The notes under the pieces: model-generated
Databases searched by the model: none
Told to the model about the DNA's origin: nothing
The model's input: the letters and a program-made list of their open reading frames with translations, nothing else
Program-made: the position numbers and the translations under genes
In this document: positions 39,765 to 48,598 of the stretch, piece by piece
Layout: every line of letters starts with the position of its first letter
Numbering within the stretch: the stretch's first letter is position 1
Virus record (IMG/VR): IMGVR_UViG_3300020047_004915
Strand: one strand, 5' to 3'
Source: an uncultured virus (IMG/VR IMGVR_UViG_3300020047_004915)
Lineage: Duplodnaviria; Heunggongvirae; Uroviricota; Caudoviricetes; Schitoviridae
Length of the DNA: 64,000 bases

Positions 39765-39818
39765 GCTAGGCAAAACCACTTTCTAGGGCTAGACTAAAAA
39801 AGCAACGTACCCCTTGGG

Positions 39819-39848
39819 GCCATACCATTCTTGGTATGGCTCTTTTTT
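39819..39848 (+). terminator. Intrinsic terminator after thyX
   Basis: GCCATACCA-TTCT-TGGTATGGC-TCTTTTTT. Confidence 0.75.
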
Positions 39849-39872
39849 TAACCCTAAAAGATAGAGGCTGCT

Positions 39873-41807
39873 ATGCCCAAAGCACACCTACCTACACAAC
39901 TTCAAGAATACATCCACAAATCCAGGTATGCCCGTTGGATTGATGAAAAGAATCGTCGAGAAACTTGGCCAGAGACAGTACAACGATATGTGGATTACTT
40001 TGATAAGTTCCCACACTATCCCAAAGAAGAAGTCTACAACGCCATCCTGCATCTTGAAACCATGCCTTCCATGCGTGCATTGATGACGGCAGGGCCAGCA
40101 TTAGAACGTGATCCCATGGCTGGCTACAACTGTTCGTTTATTGCTGTTGATCACGTAAGAGCCTTTGATGAAATCCTGTACATCAGTATGTGTGGTACAG
40201 GTGTTGGCTTCAGTGTAGAACGTCAGTTCATCAATAAACTACCTATTGTTGGTGCATCCATCTGTATGGATGAAGACCACAAACTTAGGGTCTCTTGCAA
40301 AGAAGAACTCACCCCAATTGATACAGTGGTACATGTCAAAGATAGTAAAGGTGGATGGTCAAGCGCATTCAAAGAAGTACTCAAACATCTCTATGAAGGC
40401 AACATCCCCAGTTGGGATGTATCGAAGGTACGCCCTAAGGGAGAGAAGCTGAAGATATTTGGTGGGAGAGCATCTGGCCCAGAACCGTTGGTAGGATTAT
40501 TCAAGTTCGCTATCTCTATCTTCAAGAATGCTGTAGGACGTAAACTTACATCCATTGAGTGCCATGATCTGGTTTGTAAGATTGCAGAAATTGTAGTTGT
40601 AGGAGGAGTAAGGCGTTCTGCTTTGATTTCACTATCCAATCTATCTGATGATCGTATGCGTAGTGCAAAGTCAGGACAATGGTGGAACACTGAACCACAA
40701 CGAGCATTGGCCAATAATTCTGCTGTGTACACTGAACGTCCTTCATCTGAAATCTTCCTTAAAGAATGGCTGTCCCTGATTGAATCCAAGTCAGGTGAAC
40801 GTGGCATCTTCAATCGTGGTGCTGCCATACGTAAAGCCATTGAATCAGGACGTAGGGATGCTTCCTTGGTAGTAGGTGTAAATCCCTGTGCTGAAATAGC
40901 ATTGAGGTCTGCAGGTCTGTGTAATCTCTCTGAAGTAGTGATTCGTAACGAAGATACTTTAGAAACGCTCAAAGAAAAGATACGCATAGCTACCATCATA
41001 GGTACCTACCAATCCTTGCTTACTGATTTCAGGTATGTACGTAGTATCTGGAAAAAGAATCAGGAAGAAGAACGGCTACTGGGTGTATCTCTCACAGGCA
41101 TCATGGATCATCCTGTCTTAAGCCAAGTAACTGATGAAGCAACTTCATGGCTTATTGAGTTGAAACAGTATGCCATCGCTGTAAACAAGGAATGGGCAGA
41201 GAAGTTAGGTATCAATCAAGCAGCAGCGGTTACTACTGTTAAACCATCAGGTACGGTAAGCCAGTTGGTAGATAGTGCCAGTGGTAAACATGAGAGATAC
41301 TCTCAGTACTATTTCCGTACTGTACGTGCAGATAAGAAAGACCCTCTGGCACAACTTATGCGAGCACAAGGATTCCCTGTGGAAGACTGTGTATCTAAAC
41401 CAGAAAGCACAGATATCTTTGTCTTTCCTGTCAAAGCACCTGAAGGTTCTATCTTCCGTAATGATCGTACTGCTATCCAGCAACTTGAACATTACCTCAT
41501 GTTCCAAACACACTGGTCAGAGCATAACGTCAGTAACACTATCTATGTCAAAGACTCTGAATGGCTTGCTGTAGGTGCTTGGGTATATGAGCATTTCAAT
41601 GCTATTGCAGGAGTAAGCTTCCTGCCTTTCTCTGATCATTCCTATCGACAAGCACCCTATACAGAGTGTTCTCAAGAAGAGTATGAAACCCTCAAAGCAA
41701 CCATGCCTACTTTCAACTGGGATGATCTGAGCATCTTTGAGAAAGAAGACAAGACTACCAGCGCACGCGAATTAGCCTGTGTGTCTGGTTCCTGTGACCT
41801 ACTTTAA
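39873..41807 (+). CDS. nrdJ: Class II (adenosylcobalamin-dependent) ribonucleotide reductase
   Basis: YNCSF, GTGVGFSVE, VVGGVRRSALI, NPCAEI, TTVKPSGTVSQL, C-terminal ACVSGSC; no beta subunit gene nearby. Confidence 0.92.
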   Translation: MPKAHLPTQLQEYIHKSRYARWIDEKNRRETWPETVQRYVDYFDKFPHYPKEEVYNAILHLETMPSMRALMTAGPALERDPMAGYNCSFIAVDHVRAFDEILYISMCGTGVGFSVERQFINKLPIVGASICMDEDHKLRVSCKEELTPIDTVVHVKDSKGGWSSAFKEVLKHLYEGNIPSWDVSKVRPKGEKLKIFGGRASGPEPLVGLFKFAISIFKNAVGRKLTSIECHDLVCKIAEIVVVGGVRRSALISLSNLSDDRMRSAKSGQWWNTEPQRALANNSAVYTERPSSEIFLKEWLSLIESKSGERGIFNRGAAIRKAIESGRRDASLVVGVNPCAEIALRSAGLCNLSEVVIRNEDTLETLKEKIRIATIIGTYQSLLTDFRYVRSIWKKNQEEERLLGVSLTGIMDHPVLSQVTDEATSWLIELKQYAIAVNKEWAEKLGINQAAAVTTVKPSGTVSQLVDSASGKHERYSQYYFRTVRADKKDPLAQLMRAQGFPVEDCVSKPESTDIFVFPVKAPEGSIFRNDRTAIQQLEHYLMFQTHWSEHNVSNTIYVKDSEWLAVGAWVYEHFNAIAGVSFLPFSDHSYRQAPYTECSQEEYETLKATMPTFNWDDLSIFEKEDKTTSARELACVSGSCDLL

Positions 41808-41850
41808 CCCACCACGTCCGAGGGGCTTCCTGCCCCTCTTGGAGCCTGCT

Positions 41851-42225
41851 ATGAAGAAATGTGAAACCATTGGATGCCAAGCATTTGTTATTGAAGGACA
41901 ATGCTTATGTAACACCTGTGCACAGAAGTTGGTGAATACTCCTCAAGTACCCTTCAAAGAATTCAAAACCAAGGTACCTGAATTGTCTCCAGTATCTTTG
42001 GCACTCAAGTACCCTAAGTACTACAAATCTACCCAAGGTATGACTGAAGTGGATGTGTACGCTGTACTTAAAATCTTCGATATTCAAGACCCTTCTGGTG
42101 CTATCCACCATGCAGCCAAGAAGCTCCTCTTGAGTGGTGTACGTACAGGTGGTAAGACCAAGCAACAGGACATCACTGAAGCCAGGGATACTCTTAATCG
42201 TTGGCTTGAACTCAACAAAGAATAA
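41851..42225 (+). CDS. Hypothetical phage protein
   Basis: N-terminal Cys cluster; VDVYAVL...HAAKKLL..G.RTGGK motif. Confidence 0.75.
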   Translation: MKKCETIGCQAFVIEGQCLCNTCAQKLVNTPQVPFKEFKTKVPELSPVSLALKYPKYYKSTQGMTEVDVYAVLKIFDIQDPSGAIHHAAKKLLLSGVRTGGKTKQQDITEARDTLNRWLELNKE

Positions 42226-42418
42226 GGACCGAAGTGTATGTTTACATACGACATTTTACTTGTCAGTCTGAATAGACGAGGTACAAGTAACATAACCAAA
42301 TGGGTTAGAGGGCTTAAAGCAAACTCCCTAACTCAAGCCAGTGATATGGCTACAGCTATGTATCCATCACTAGGTATCACCCCTACCCAAGTAAGTATGG
42401 GTTGGCGTGTAGTGTAAG

Positions 42419-42439
42419 ACGCCTCCGGCGTATTCATGA
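42419..42439 (+). promoter_or_regulatory. Hairpin M4 (candidate middle promoter)
   Basis: ACGCC-TCC-GGCGT-ATTCATGA upstream of the replication core genes. Confidence 0.5.
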
Positions 42440-42457
42440 CTTCTAAAGGTAATCCTC

Positions 42458-43423
42458 ATGCGTTACTCAAACCAACAGAACATCTCTCTGGCTGTAGCTG
42501 TAATGCTTGCTACAGATAACTATGACAAGCAGGATAACGTCATCTCTGCTACCACTTTACTCAAGCCAATCAGACAAGTAATTCTGTCTGCACGAGTACC
42601 ACAAGAACAACAAGTAGTGGATGTGTCTTCACTCATAAACTCTTCACTGGGGACTGCACTCCATGATGCTATGGAAAGTGCATGGCGTAACAACTATCAG
42701 AAAGGATTGAAAGCACTAGGTTACCCAGATGCTTTCATTGCTACTGTGAAGATCAATCCATTGACTGTGGAAGAAGGTACTCATCCTATCTACGTAGAAC
42801 AACGTATGAACAAGGAAGTAGCTGGCAAGACAGTATCAGGTAAGTTTGATATTGTGATTGACGGTGAAGTACAAGACTTGAAGTCAACTAAAGTCTTCAC
42901 ACTGAAGAAGGGAAATAAAGACGAAGACTACATTCTGCAAGGAAGTATCTATCGTTGGCTTAACCCAGATATCATCAAGAAGGATACAGTTGCTATCAAC
43001 TTCTGGCTTACAGATTGGCAAGCAAACCAAGCAAGACAAGACCCGACGTATCCACAGTCTCCTTGCCCTACCAAACGCTTTCAGTTGTTGTCTATTCCAG
43101 AGACAGATAGGTTTGTGCGTAATAAACTTGCTCAACTGGAGAAGTACTGGAATGAGCCAGAAGATCAGATTCCTCTGTGTACAGACAAAGACTTATGGCG
43201 CAGTGAGCCAGAGTTTAAGTACTACAAGAATCCAGAGAGGATGTCTCGTAGCACCAAGAACTTCGACACCATGAAAGAAGCTCGTATGCGTTTCATTGAA
43301 GATGGTTCTGTAGGGATCATCGTGGAAAGACCGGGACAAGTAACTGCTTGCAAGTACTGTTCTGCATTCGCTATCTGTAAACAAAAATATGCCCTGATTG
43401 CATCAGGTGATCTTATCCTTTGA
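42458..43423 (+). CDS. PD-(D/E)xK exonuclease (N4 gp42-like)
   Basis: SATTLLKP, SGKFD...DLKST, QGSIY, C-terminal CKYC...C. Confidence 0.88.
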   Translation: MRYSNQQNISLAVAVMLATDNYDKQDNVISATTLLKPIRQVILSARVPQEQQVVDVSSLINSSLGTALHDAMESAWRNNYQKGLKALGYPDAFIATVKINPLTVEEGTHPIYVEQRMNKEVAGKTVSGKFDIVIDGEVQDLKSTKVFTLKKGNKDEDYILQGSIYRWLNPDIIKKDTVAINFWLTDWQANQARQDPTYPQSPCPTKRFQLLSIPETDRFVRNKLAQLEKYWNEPEDQIPLCTDKDLWRSEPEFKYYKNPERMSRSTKNFDTMKEARMRFIEDGSVGIIVERPGQVTACKYCSAFAICKQKYALIASGDLIL

Positions 43424-43432
43424 GGATAGAAC

Positions 43433-45574
43433 ATGAAAACCTTTGCTGAAATGAAATACCATCCAGCATCAGAAAGTTTGGTGGAAGTGTTGTGTAGTAA
43501 GACACAGAACAGCAATCCACTATTCTTCCGAGTGTTGGTAGGCTACTACTTTGGTGTAGTGGCTTCATCTATGCGTGCAGTGATTGTCACCCATGATCGT
43601 GGAGACATTCCTGTGAACATCTATGCCTTGAATCTGAGTACTTCAGGATCAGGCAAAGGCTTCTCTACCAACATCATTGAGAATGAAGTTATAGGGCTGT
43701 TCAGACAGCGTTTCATGGAGGAAACCTTCCCTCAACTGGCTGAGATCAATCTTCCAAAACTCTCGCTTAAACGGGCTAACAGGAAGTCTACAGACCCCGA
43801 TGAAGAATTGGTTCGTGTACAGAAAGAGTTTGATGCAGCAGGTCAATTGGCTTTCAGCTTTGATAGTGGTACCCCTGCAGCCGTTAAGCAGATGCGTCAT
43901 AAGTTATTGATGGCCAATGCTGGTGCAGTCAATCTTCAGATTGATGAAATTGGCTCTAACCTTGTGGGTAACACAGATGTCCTTAGTACATTTCTGGAGT
44001 TGTATGACGTTGGCTTGATCAAACAAAAGCTGACCAAGAACACCAATGAGAATACTCGTGGTGAGGAAATTGTTGGACGTACACCTACCAACATGCTGCT
44101 CTTTGGTACTCCATCCAAGCTCTTGAATGGTAGCAAGACCGAAGAAGAACTCTACTCCATGCTAGAGACTGGGTATGCACGGAGATGTTTGTTTGGTTAT
44201 AGCCGAGCAAGTAACAAGGATACCCATCTTACACCTGAACAGGTGTATGACATGCTCACCAACAAAGCCAGTAACATGGTGCTGCAGAACCTCTCTGACA
44301 AGCTGGAACAACTTGCTGATATGAGCAATGCCAATCGGCGTATTCTCATGTCCAAGGAAACCAGTCTGTTGCTGATTGAGTATCGTCTGAAGTGTGAGAA
44401 GGAAGCCAATAATCTCCCAGAGCATGAGGAGATTAAGAAAGCAGAAATCAGTCACCGATACTTCAAAGCACTGAAGCTGGCTGGTGCTTATGCATTCATC
44501 GATGATTCACCAGAGCTAACGTCAGACCATCTGTATAACGCTATCAAGCTGGCAGAAGAGTCTGGTATTGCTTTCAATCAGTTGCTTACTCGTGATCGTA
44601 ACTATGTGAAGTTGGCTAAGTACATTGCCACTGTGCGTAGAGACATTACACAAGCTGATTTGGTAGAAGACTTGCCATTCTATCGTGGTGCCGCAGCACA
44701 GAAGCAGGAAATGCTTATCCTTGCTACTGCTTGGGGCTACAAGAACAACATCATCATCAAGAAGTCTTTCAGTGATGGTATTGAGTTCTTGAGGGGGGAA
44801 TCCTTACAGGAAACCAATCTAGCTAAACTCACTGTGGCTTACAGTACGGACATCACTGAAGGCTACATGAATGAGTATGCTCCATGGGATAAGCTTCATA
44901 TCTTAACCCAGAAAGCTGGATTGCATTGGGTAGCCCACCATCTGACTGAAGGTTACAGGAATGAAGAGAATTGCATACCGGGTTTTAATCTGGTTGTCAT
45001 TGACGTTGATGGTGGTGTTAATCTTAGCACTGTGCAGTTGCTGCTCAAGAACTACAAGTACTTACTGTATACCACCAAGCGACATACAGATGCAGAGCAT
45101 CGCTTCCGTCTGATCCTCCCAATCAACTACACCTTGAACCTTGATGCTAAGGAGTACAAGGAGTTGATGAACAACATCTATGCGTGGCTTCCATTCACTG
45201 TGGATACCCAAACCAACCAACGTTCACGTAAGTGGTTGTCTCACAACGGACACTATGAATACAACGAAGGTGAGGTGCTAGATGTACTTCCATTCATTCC
45301 AAAAACCAGTAAGAACGAGGAGCGTAAGATACTCCTTGAGTCTCAACAGTCTATGGATAACTTGGAGCGTTGGGTTACGAACAACATCGGGGATGGTAAT
45401 CGCAATAACATGTTGCTGCGCTATGCCATGATTCTTATGGATGCTGGCTTCAGTTTTGATCAGATCAACTCTAGGGTTAAAGACCTCAACGAGAAGATTC
45501 CTGACAAGCTGGATGAAGTAGAGATAATGTCAACAATCATGGTTACTGTTGCTAAAGCCATTGCCAAGAAGTAA
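43433..45574 (+). CDS. DNA primase (N4 gp43-like)
   Basis: SGSGKG, IDEIGSNL, VIDVD primase motif, C-terminal GNRNNML. Confidence 0.9.
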   Translation: MKTFAEMKYHPASESLVEVLCSKTQNSNPLFFRVLVGYYFGVVASSMRAVIVTHDRGDIPVNIYALNLSTSGSGKGFSTNIIENEVIGLFRQRFMEETFPQLAEINLPKLSLKRANRKSTDPDEELVRVQKEFDAAGQLAFSFDSGTPAAVKQMRHKLLMANAGAVNLQIDEIGSNLVGNTDVLSTFLELYDVGLIKQKLTKNTNENTRGEEIVGRTPTNMLLFGTPSKLLNGSKTEEELYSMLETGYARRCLFGYSRASNKDTHLTPEQVYDMLTNKASNMVLQNLSDKLEQLADMSNANRRILMSKETSLLLIEYRLKCEKEANNLPEHEEIKKAEISHRYFKALKLAGAYAFIDDSPELTSDHLYNAIKLAEESGIAFNQLLTRDRNYVKLAKYIATVRRDITQADLVEDLPFYRGAAAQKQEMLILATAWGYKNNIIIKKSFSDGIEFLRGESLQETNLAKLTVAYSTDITEGYMNEYAPWDKLHILTQKAGLHWVAHHLTEGYRNEENCIPGFNLVVIDVDGGVNLSTVQLLLKNYKYLLYTTKRHTDAEHRFRLILPINYTLNLDAKEYKELMNNIYAWLPFTVDTQTNQRSRKWLSHNGHYEYNEGEVLDVLPFIPKTSKNEERKILLESQQSMDNLERWVTNNIGDGNRNNMLLRYAMILMDAGFSFDQINSRVKDLNEKIPDKLDEVEIMSTIMVTVAKAIAKK

Positions 45575-45577
45575 CAC

Positions 45578-45603
45578 AAGAGCGTCTCTCGACGCTCTTA
45601 CGA
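45578..45603 (+). promoter_or_regulatory. Hairpin M5 (candidate middle promoter)
   Basis: GCGTC-TCTC-GACGC-TCTTACGA. Confidence 0.5.
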
Positions 45604-45620
45604 TTAAAACGAGGAGTCCT

Positions 45621-46367
45621 ATGACACAGTTCAACGACAACCTACTACTCATTGTAGGCAAATCATCTCATGGTAAATCAGCATCACTCATGGGTTTGGA
45701 GAACCCAGAAGGTGTTATGTATCTTAACTGCGAATCGGGTAAAAAATTACCCTTCCCTGCCAAGTTTATGAAAGGCAGAGACGGTAAGCCGGGATTGGTA
45801 ATCACTGACCCGTTACAGGTTCTGGAAGCATTTGAAGCTGCCGAATCCATGCCCCATATTCATACCATTGTGGTAGATACACTAACGTATCTGCTTGATA
45901 TGTATGAATCACTCTATGTACTTAACGCCTCCAATGGGATGAAGGCATGGGGAGACTTTGCACAGTACTTCAAGAACCTCATGCAACAGTACGTAGCTAA
46001 GTCCACCAAGAATGTAGTGTTCTTGGCTCACACCTTGGAAACCATGAATGAATCAGAGATGATCATGGAAACCAAGGTACCTGTGAAGGGTTCACTGAAG
46101 AACAATGGAATTGAGTCATTCTATAGCATTGTAATCGCAGCAAAGCGTGTGCCTCTCAAAGCACTTAAAGATTACAAGAATGATCTCTTGATTATCACTC
46201 CAGCCGAAGAAGCTCTTGGCTTCAAGTATGTCTATCAAACACAGGTGACTAAGGACACTGTACATGAGAGACTACGTGGGCCAATGGGTCTGTTCACACA
46301 GCAAGAAACCTTCATTGACAACAATCTGCAACTTGTACTCAACCGGCTTCATCAATACTACGCATAA
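45621..46367 (+). CDS. Sak4-like AAA ATPase (N4 gp44-like)
   Basis: GKSSHGKS, YLNCESGKKLPF, IVVDT, VPVKGSLKNNGIES. Confidence 0.88.
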   Translation: MTQFNDNLLLIVGKSSHGKSASLMGLENPEGVMYLNCESGKKLPFPAKFMKGRDGKPGLVITDPLQVLEAFEAAESMPHIHTIVVDTLTYLLDMYESLYVLNASNGMKAWGDFAQYFKNLMQQYVAKSTKNVVFLAHTLETMNESEMIMETKVPVKGSLKNNGIESFYSIVIAAKRVPLKALKDYKNDLLIITPAEEALGFKYVYQTQVTKDTVHERLRGPMGLFTQQETFIDNNLQLVLNRLHQYYA

Positions 46368-46399
46368 GCGTAGCACTCACAACTAAAGAGGAAACTCAC

Positions 46400-47137
46400 A
46401 TGTCTTTTCTGAAAAACCTGCAATCTGACTCCAGCATCCAAGATGAAAAAGATAACTTGGGTGGTGGTGGTACCATCTTTGAATCTGGCCTGTACCCACT
46501 CAAGATTACCTTGGCATATCTCACTACCTCTCAAGGTGGTGCAGTAGCCTTGAACATCCGTGGCAAGACCGAAGATGATAAGGAACTGCGTCAACAGTTC
46601 TGGATGACCTCAGGTACAGCCAAGGGCTGTAAGAACTACTACGAAGACAAGAACGGTGAAAAGAAGTATCTCCCAGGATTCTTGATGGCTAACAGCTTGT
46701 TCCTGTTGGCTACAGGCAAGGAAATCTCTGAACAGGATACTGAACAAAAGGTAGTGAACCTATGGTCTTCTGATGCCAAGGCAGAGGTACCTACCAAGGT
46801 AGATATGTTCATGGATTTGATTGGCAAGGAAATCATTGCCGGTGTACTGAAACAAACCGTGGATAAGACAACCAAGGATGCTACAGGGGCTTACGTAGCT
46901 ACAGGTGAAACCAAGGAAGAGAATGAAGTAGATAAGTTCTTCCGTGCAGAAGACCGTATGACTACTGCTGAGATTCGTGCCAAAGCAGAAAGTGCAGTCT
47001 TCATTGACCAATGGGAAACCAAGTGGGCTGGTAAGGTCAAAAACAAGGCTAAAGGTGCTGGTGAAGGCGGAGCTAAGGCTGGTGCACCAAAGCCTGCAGG
47101 AGCCTCTACGAAGCCATCCAGCAGCCTCTTTGGTTAA
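46400..47137 (+). CDS. Single-stranded DNA-binding protein (N4 gp45-like)
   Basis: YLPGF, ENEVDKFF, Gly/Ala-rich tail ending SLFG as in N4 SSB-like late activators. Confidence 0.9.
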   Translation: MSFLKNLQSDSSIQDEKDNLGGGGTIFESGLYPLKITLAYLTTSQGGAVALNIRGKTEDDKELRQQFWMTSGTAKGCKNYYEDKNGEKKYLPGFLMANSLFLLATGKEISEQDTEQKVVNLWSSDAKAEVPTKVDMFMDLIGKEIIAGVLKQTVDKTTKDATGAYVATGETKEENEVDKFFRAEDRMTTAEIRAKAESAVFIDQWETKWAGKVKNKAKGAGEGGAKAGAPKPAGASTKPSSSLFG

Positions 47138-47154
47138 TACCCATCCCAACACAT

Positions 47155-47175
47155 AGCCGCTGCAAAGCGGCTTTC
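47155..47175 (+). terminator. Terminator after the SSB gene
   Basis: AGCCGCT-GCAA-AGCGGCT-TTC. Confidence 0.65.
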
Positions 47176-47193
47176 TATTGCCCGGAGAAACGT

Positions 47194-47505
47194 ATGACAG
47201 ATGAACCAGAAATTACCTTCGTATCTGCAGATGATCCCAACTGTGTGAGTATGCTCATAGGTAGCATCCTTGAATGGCACTCTCATGGTATGGACACTAT
47301 CCAACATCTGTTGGATGTTCCTGAGAATACTGAGACTGTGATCATCATGGAGGGTGTAGAACATCCTATGAATCTTAGTGGAGATATGCGTAAAGCATTT
47401 ATTGCTGGAGTTGTTGCAGCATCCTCTGCATTTGTGGAACTTCCTTTTGTTCCATCAAGTAAAGAGGACAGTACTGATGAATCACAAGTCAACACTCTTC
47501 AATAG
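47194..47505 (+). CDS. Hypothetical protein
   Basis: GGAG RBS; 103 aa. Confidence 0.75.
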   Translation: MTDEPEITFVSADDPNCVSMLIGSILEWHSHGMDTIQHLLDVPENTETVIIMEGVEHPMNLSGDMRKAFIAGVVAASSAFVELPFVPSSKEDSTDESQVNTLQ

Positions 47506-48082
47506 TGGTTTACGTGTAGTGGGGTTTGATCCTTCGCTACGTAACTGGGGCATTGCTTCAGGAATGTACTATCCCAATGAAGATGGGAGACTTTCAATAG
47601 AATTATTGGAAGTTACACAACCAGTACTTCCCAAAAGCAAGCAAGTAAGGCAGAATAGCCTCGACTTGTTAGCAGCAGCAGCTTTAGCAAAAGCAGCATT
47701 CGATAGTATCATTACTGCCGATGCTGTATTTGTTGAAGTACCCGTAGGAAGCCAAAGTTCTAGGGCAATGGCTTCATACGGAATATGTGTTGGTATACTA
47801 GGTGCACTAAGATCAGGAGGAACTCCTTTCTTTGAACTTAGTCCAGAAGAAGTAAAAAAAGCATCAGTAGGTATTAAGACTGCCACTAAAGCTCAGATGA
47901 TTGAGTGGGCAGTAGCAAAACATCCTGAAGCCAACTGGCCAACACATAAGAAGAATGGAGAAATCCATGTTACTGAATCTTCTGCAGAACACATGGCAGA
48001 TGCTATTGCTACCATATATGCAGGGTTATCCTGTCAACCGTTCCAACAAATGCTGGCCCTAATTAAAAGGTCAGCAACTTAA
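47477..48082 (+). CDS. RuvC-like Holliday junction resolvase
   Basis: VGFDPSLRNWG, FVEVPVGSQ, EHMADAIA. Confidence 0.88.
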   Translation: MNHKSTLFNSGLRVVGFDPSLRNWGIASGMYYPNEDGRLSIELLEVTQPVLPKSKQVRQNSLDLLAAAALAKAAFDSIITADAVFVEVPVGSQSSRAMASYGICVGILGALRSGGTPFFELSPEEVKKASVGIKTATKAQMIEWAVAKHPEANWPTHKKNGEIHVTESSAEHMADAIATIYAGLSCQPFQQMLALIKRSAT

Positions 48083-48095
48083 CCGAGGAAGTACC

Positions 48096-48371
48096 ATGAA
48101 AATTGCATTGAATCAAAGTGAAGTTGTTGCTGCTATCCGTGGCTATGTTGCAGCCCAAGGTATCGACATGGCCGGTAAGCAACTGGATGTTACCTTTACC
48201 TCTGGTCGTAAGGGTAATGGTTTGACTGCTGATCTGGACATCTACACCCAAGCTGAAGCTTCTGCTGTTGTGGTTGAAGATGTTGTAGTGGAAGACGTTG
48301 CTGAAGTCCCTGCTCCTGAAGCTCCGGTAACAGTTGCTACGACTGAGGAAACCGGCAGTCTGTTTGGTTAA
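48096..48371 (+). CDS. Small acidic hypothetical protein ending SLFG
   Basis: GAGGA RBS; FTSGRKGNGLTADLDI. Confidence 0.8.
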   Translation: MKIALNQSEVVAAIRGYVAAQGIDMAGKQLDVTFTSGRKGNGLTADLDIYTQAEASAVVVEDVVVEDVAEVPAPEAPVTVATTEETGSLFG

Positions 48372-48377
48372 GACACC

Positions 48378-48557
48378 ATGCAGGCATTCTTCAATGTTGT
48401 AATGGTGATGTTGGCGGTAACAGTAGCGGCAATTTGTGTGATGGTAGTAGTGTATGCTGGTGCCATTATTGCAATCGTAGGTTCAGCACTCCTCATAGGA
48501 TTCTTGATCTACTACTGTGCCAAAGAGTACATCCTGTACAAAAGAGAAGAAGACTGA
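48378..48557 (+). CDS. Small membrane protein (59 aa, not in the ORF track)
   Basis: MQAFFNVVMVMLAVTVAAICV...; ends just before the terminator. Confidence 0.55.
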   Translation: MQAFFNVVMVMLAVTVAAICVMVVVYAGAIIAIVGSALLIGFLIYYCAKEYILYKREED

Positions 48558-48563
48558 TGCAGG

Positions 48564-48594
48564 AGAAAGCCCCCAATTAAGGGGGCTTTCTTTT
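48564..48594. terminator. Bidirectional terminator between convergent middle and late blocks
   Basis: AGAAAGCCCCC-AATTAA-GGGGGCTTTCTTTT. Confidence 0.85.
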
Positions 48595-48598
48595 GACC

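Noticed and set aside
39765..39872. Cobalamin riboswitch upstream of nrdJ
   Set aside because: Spacer is only about 110 nt, holds a plain terminator, and shows no B12 box
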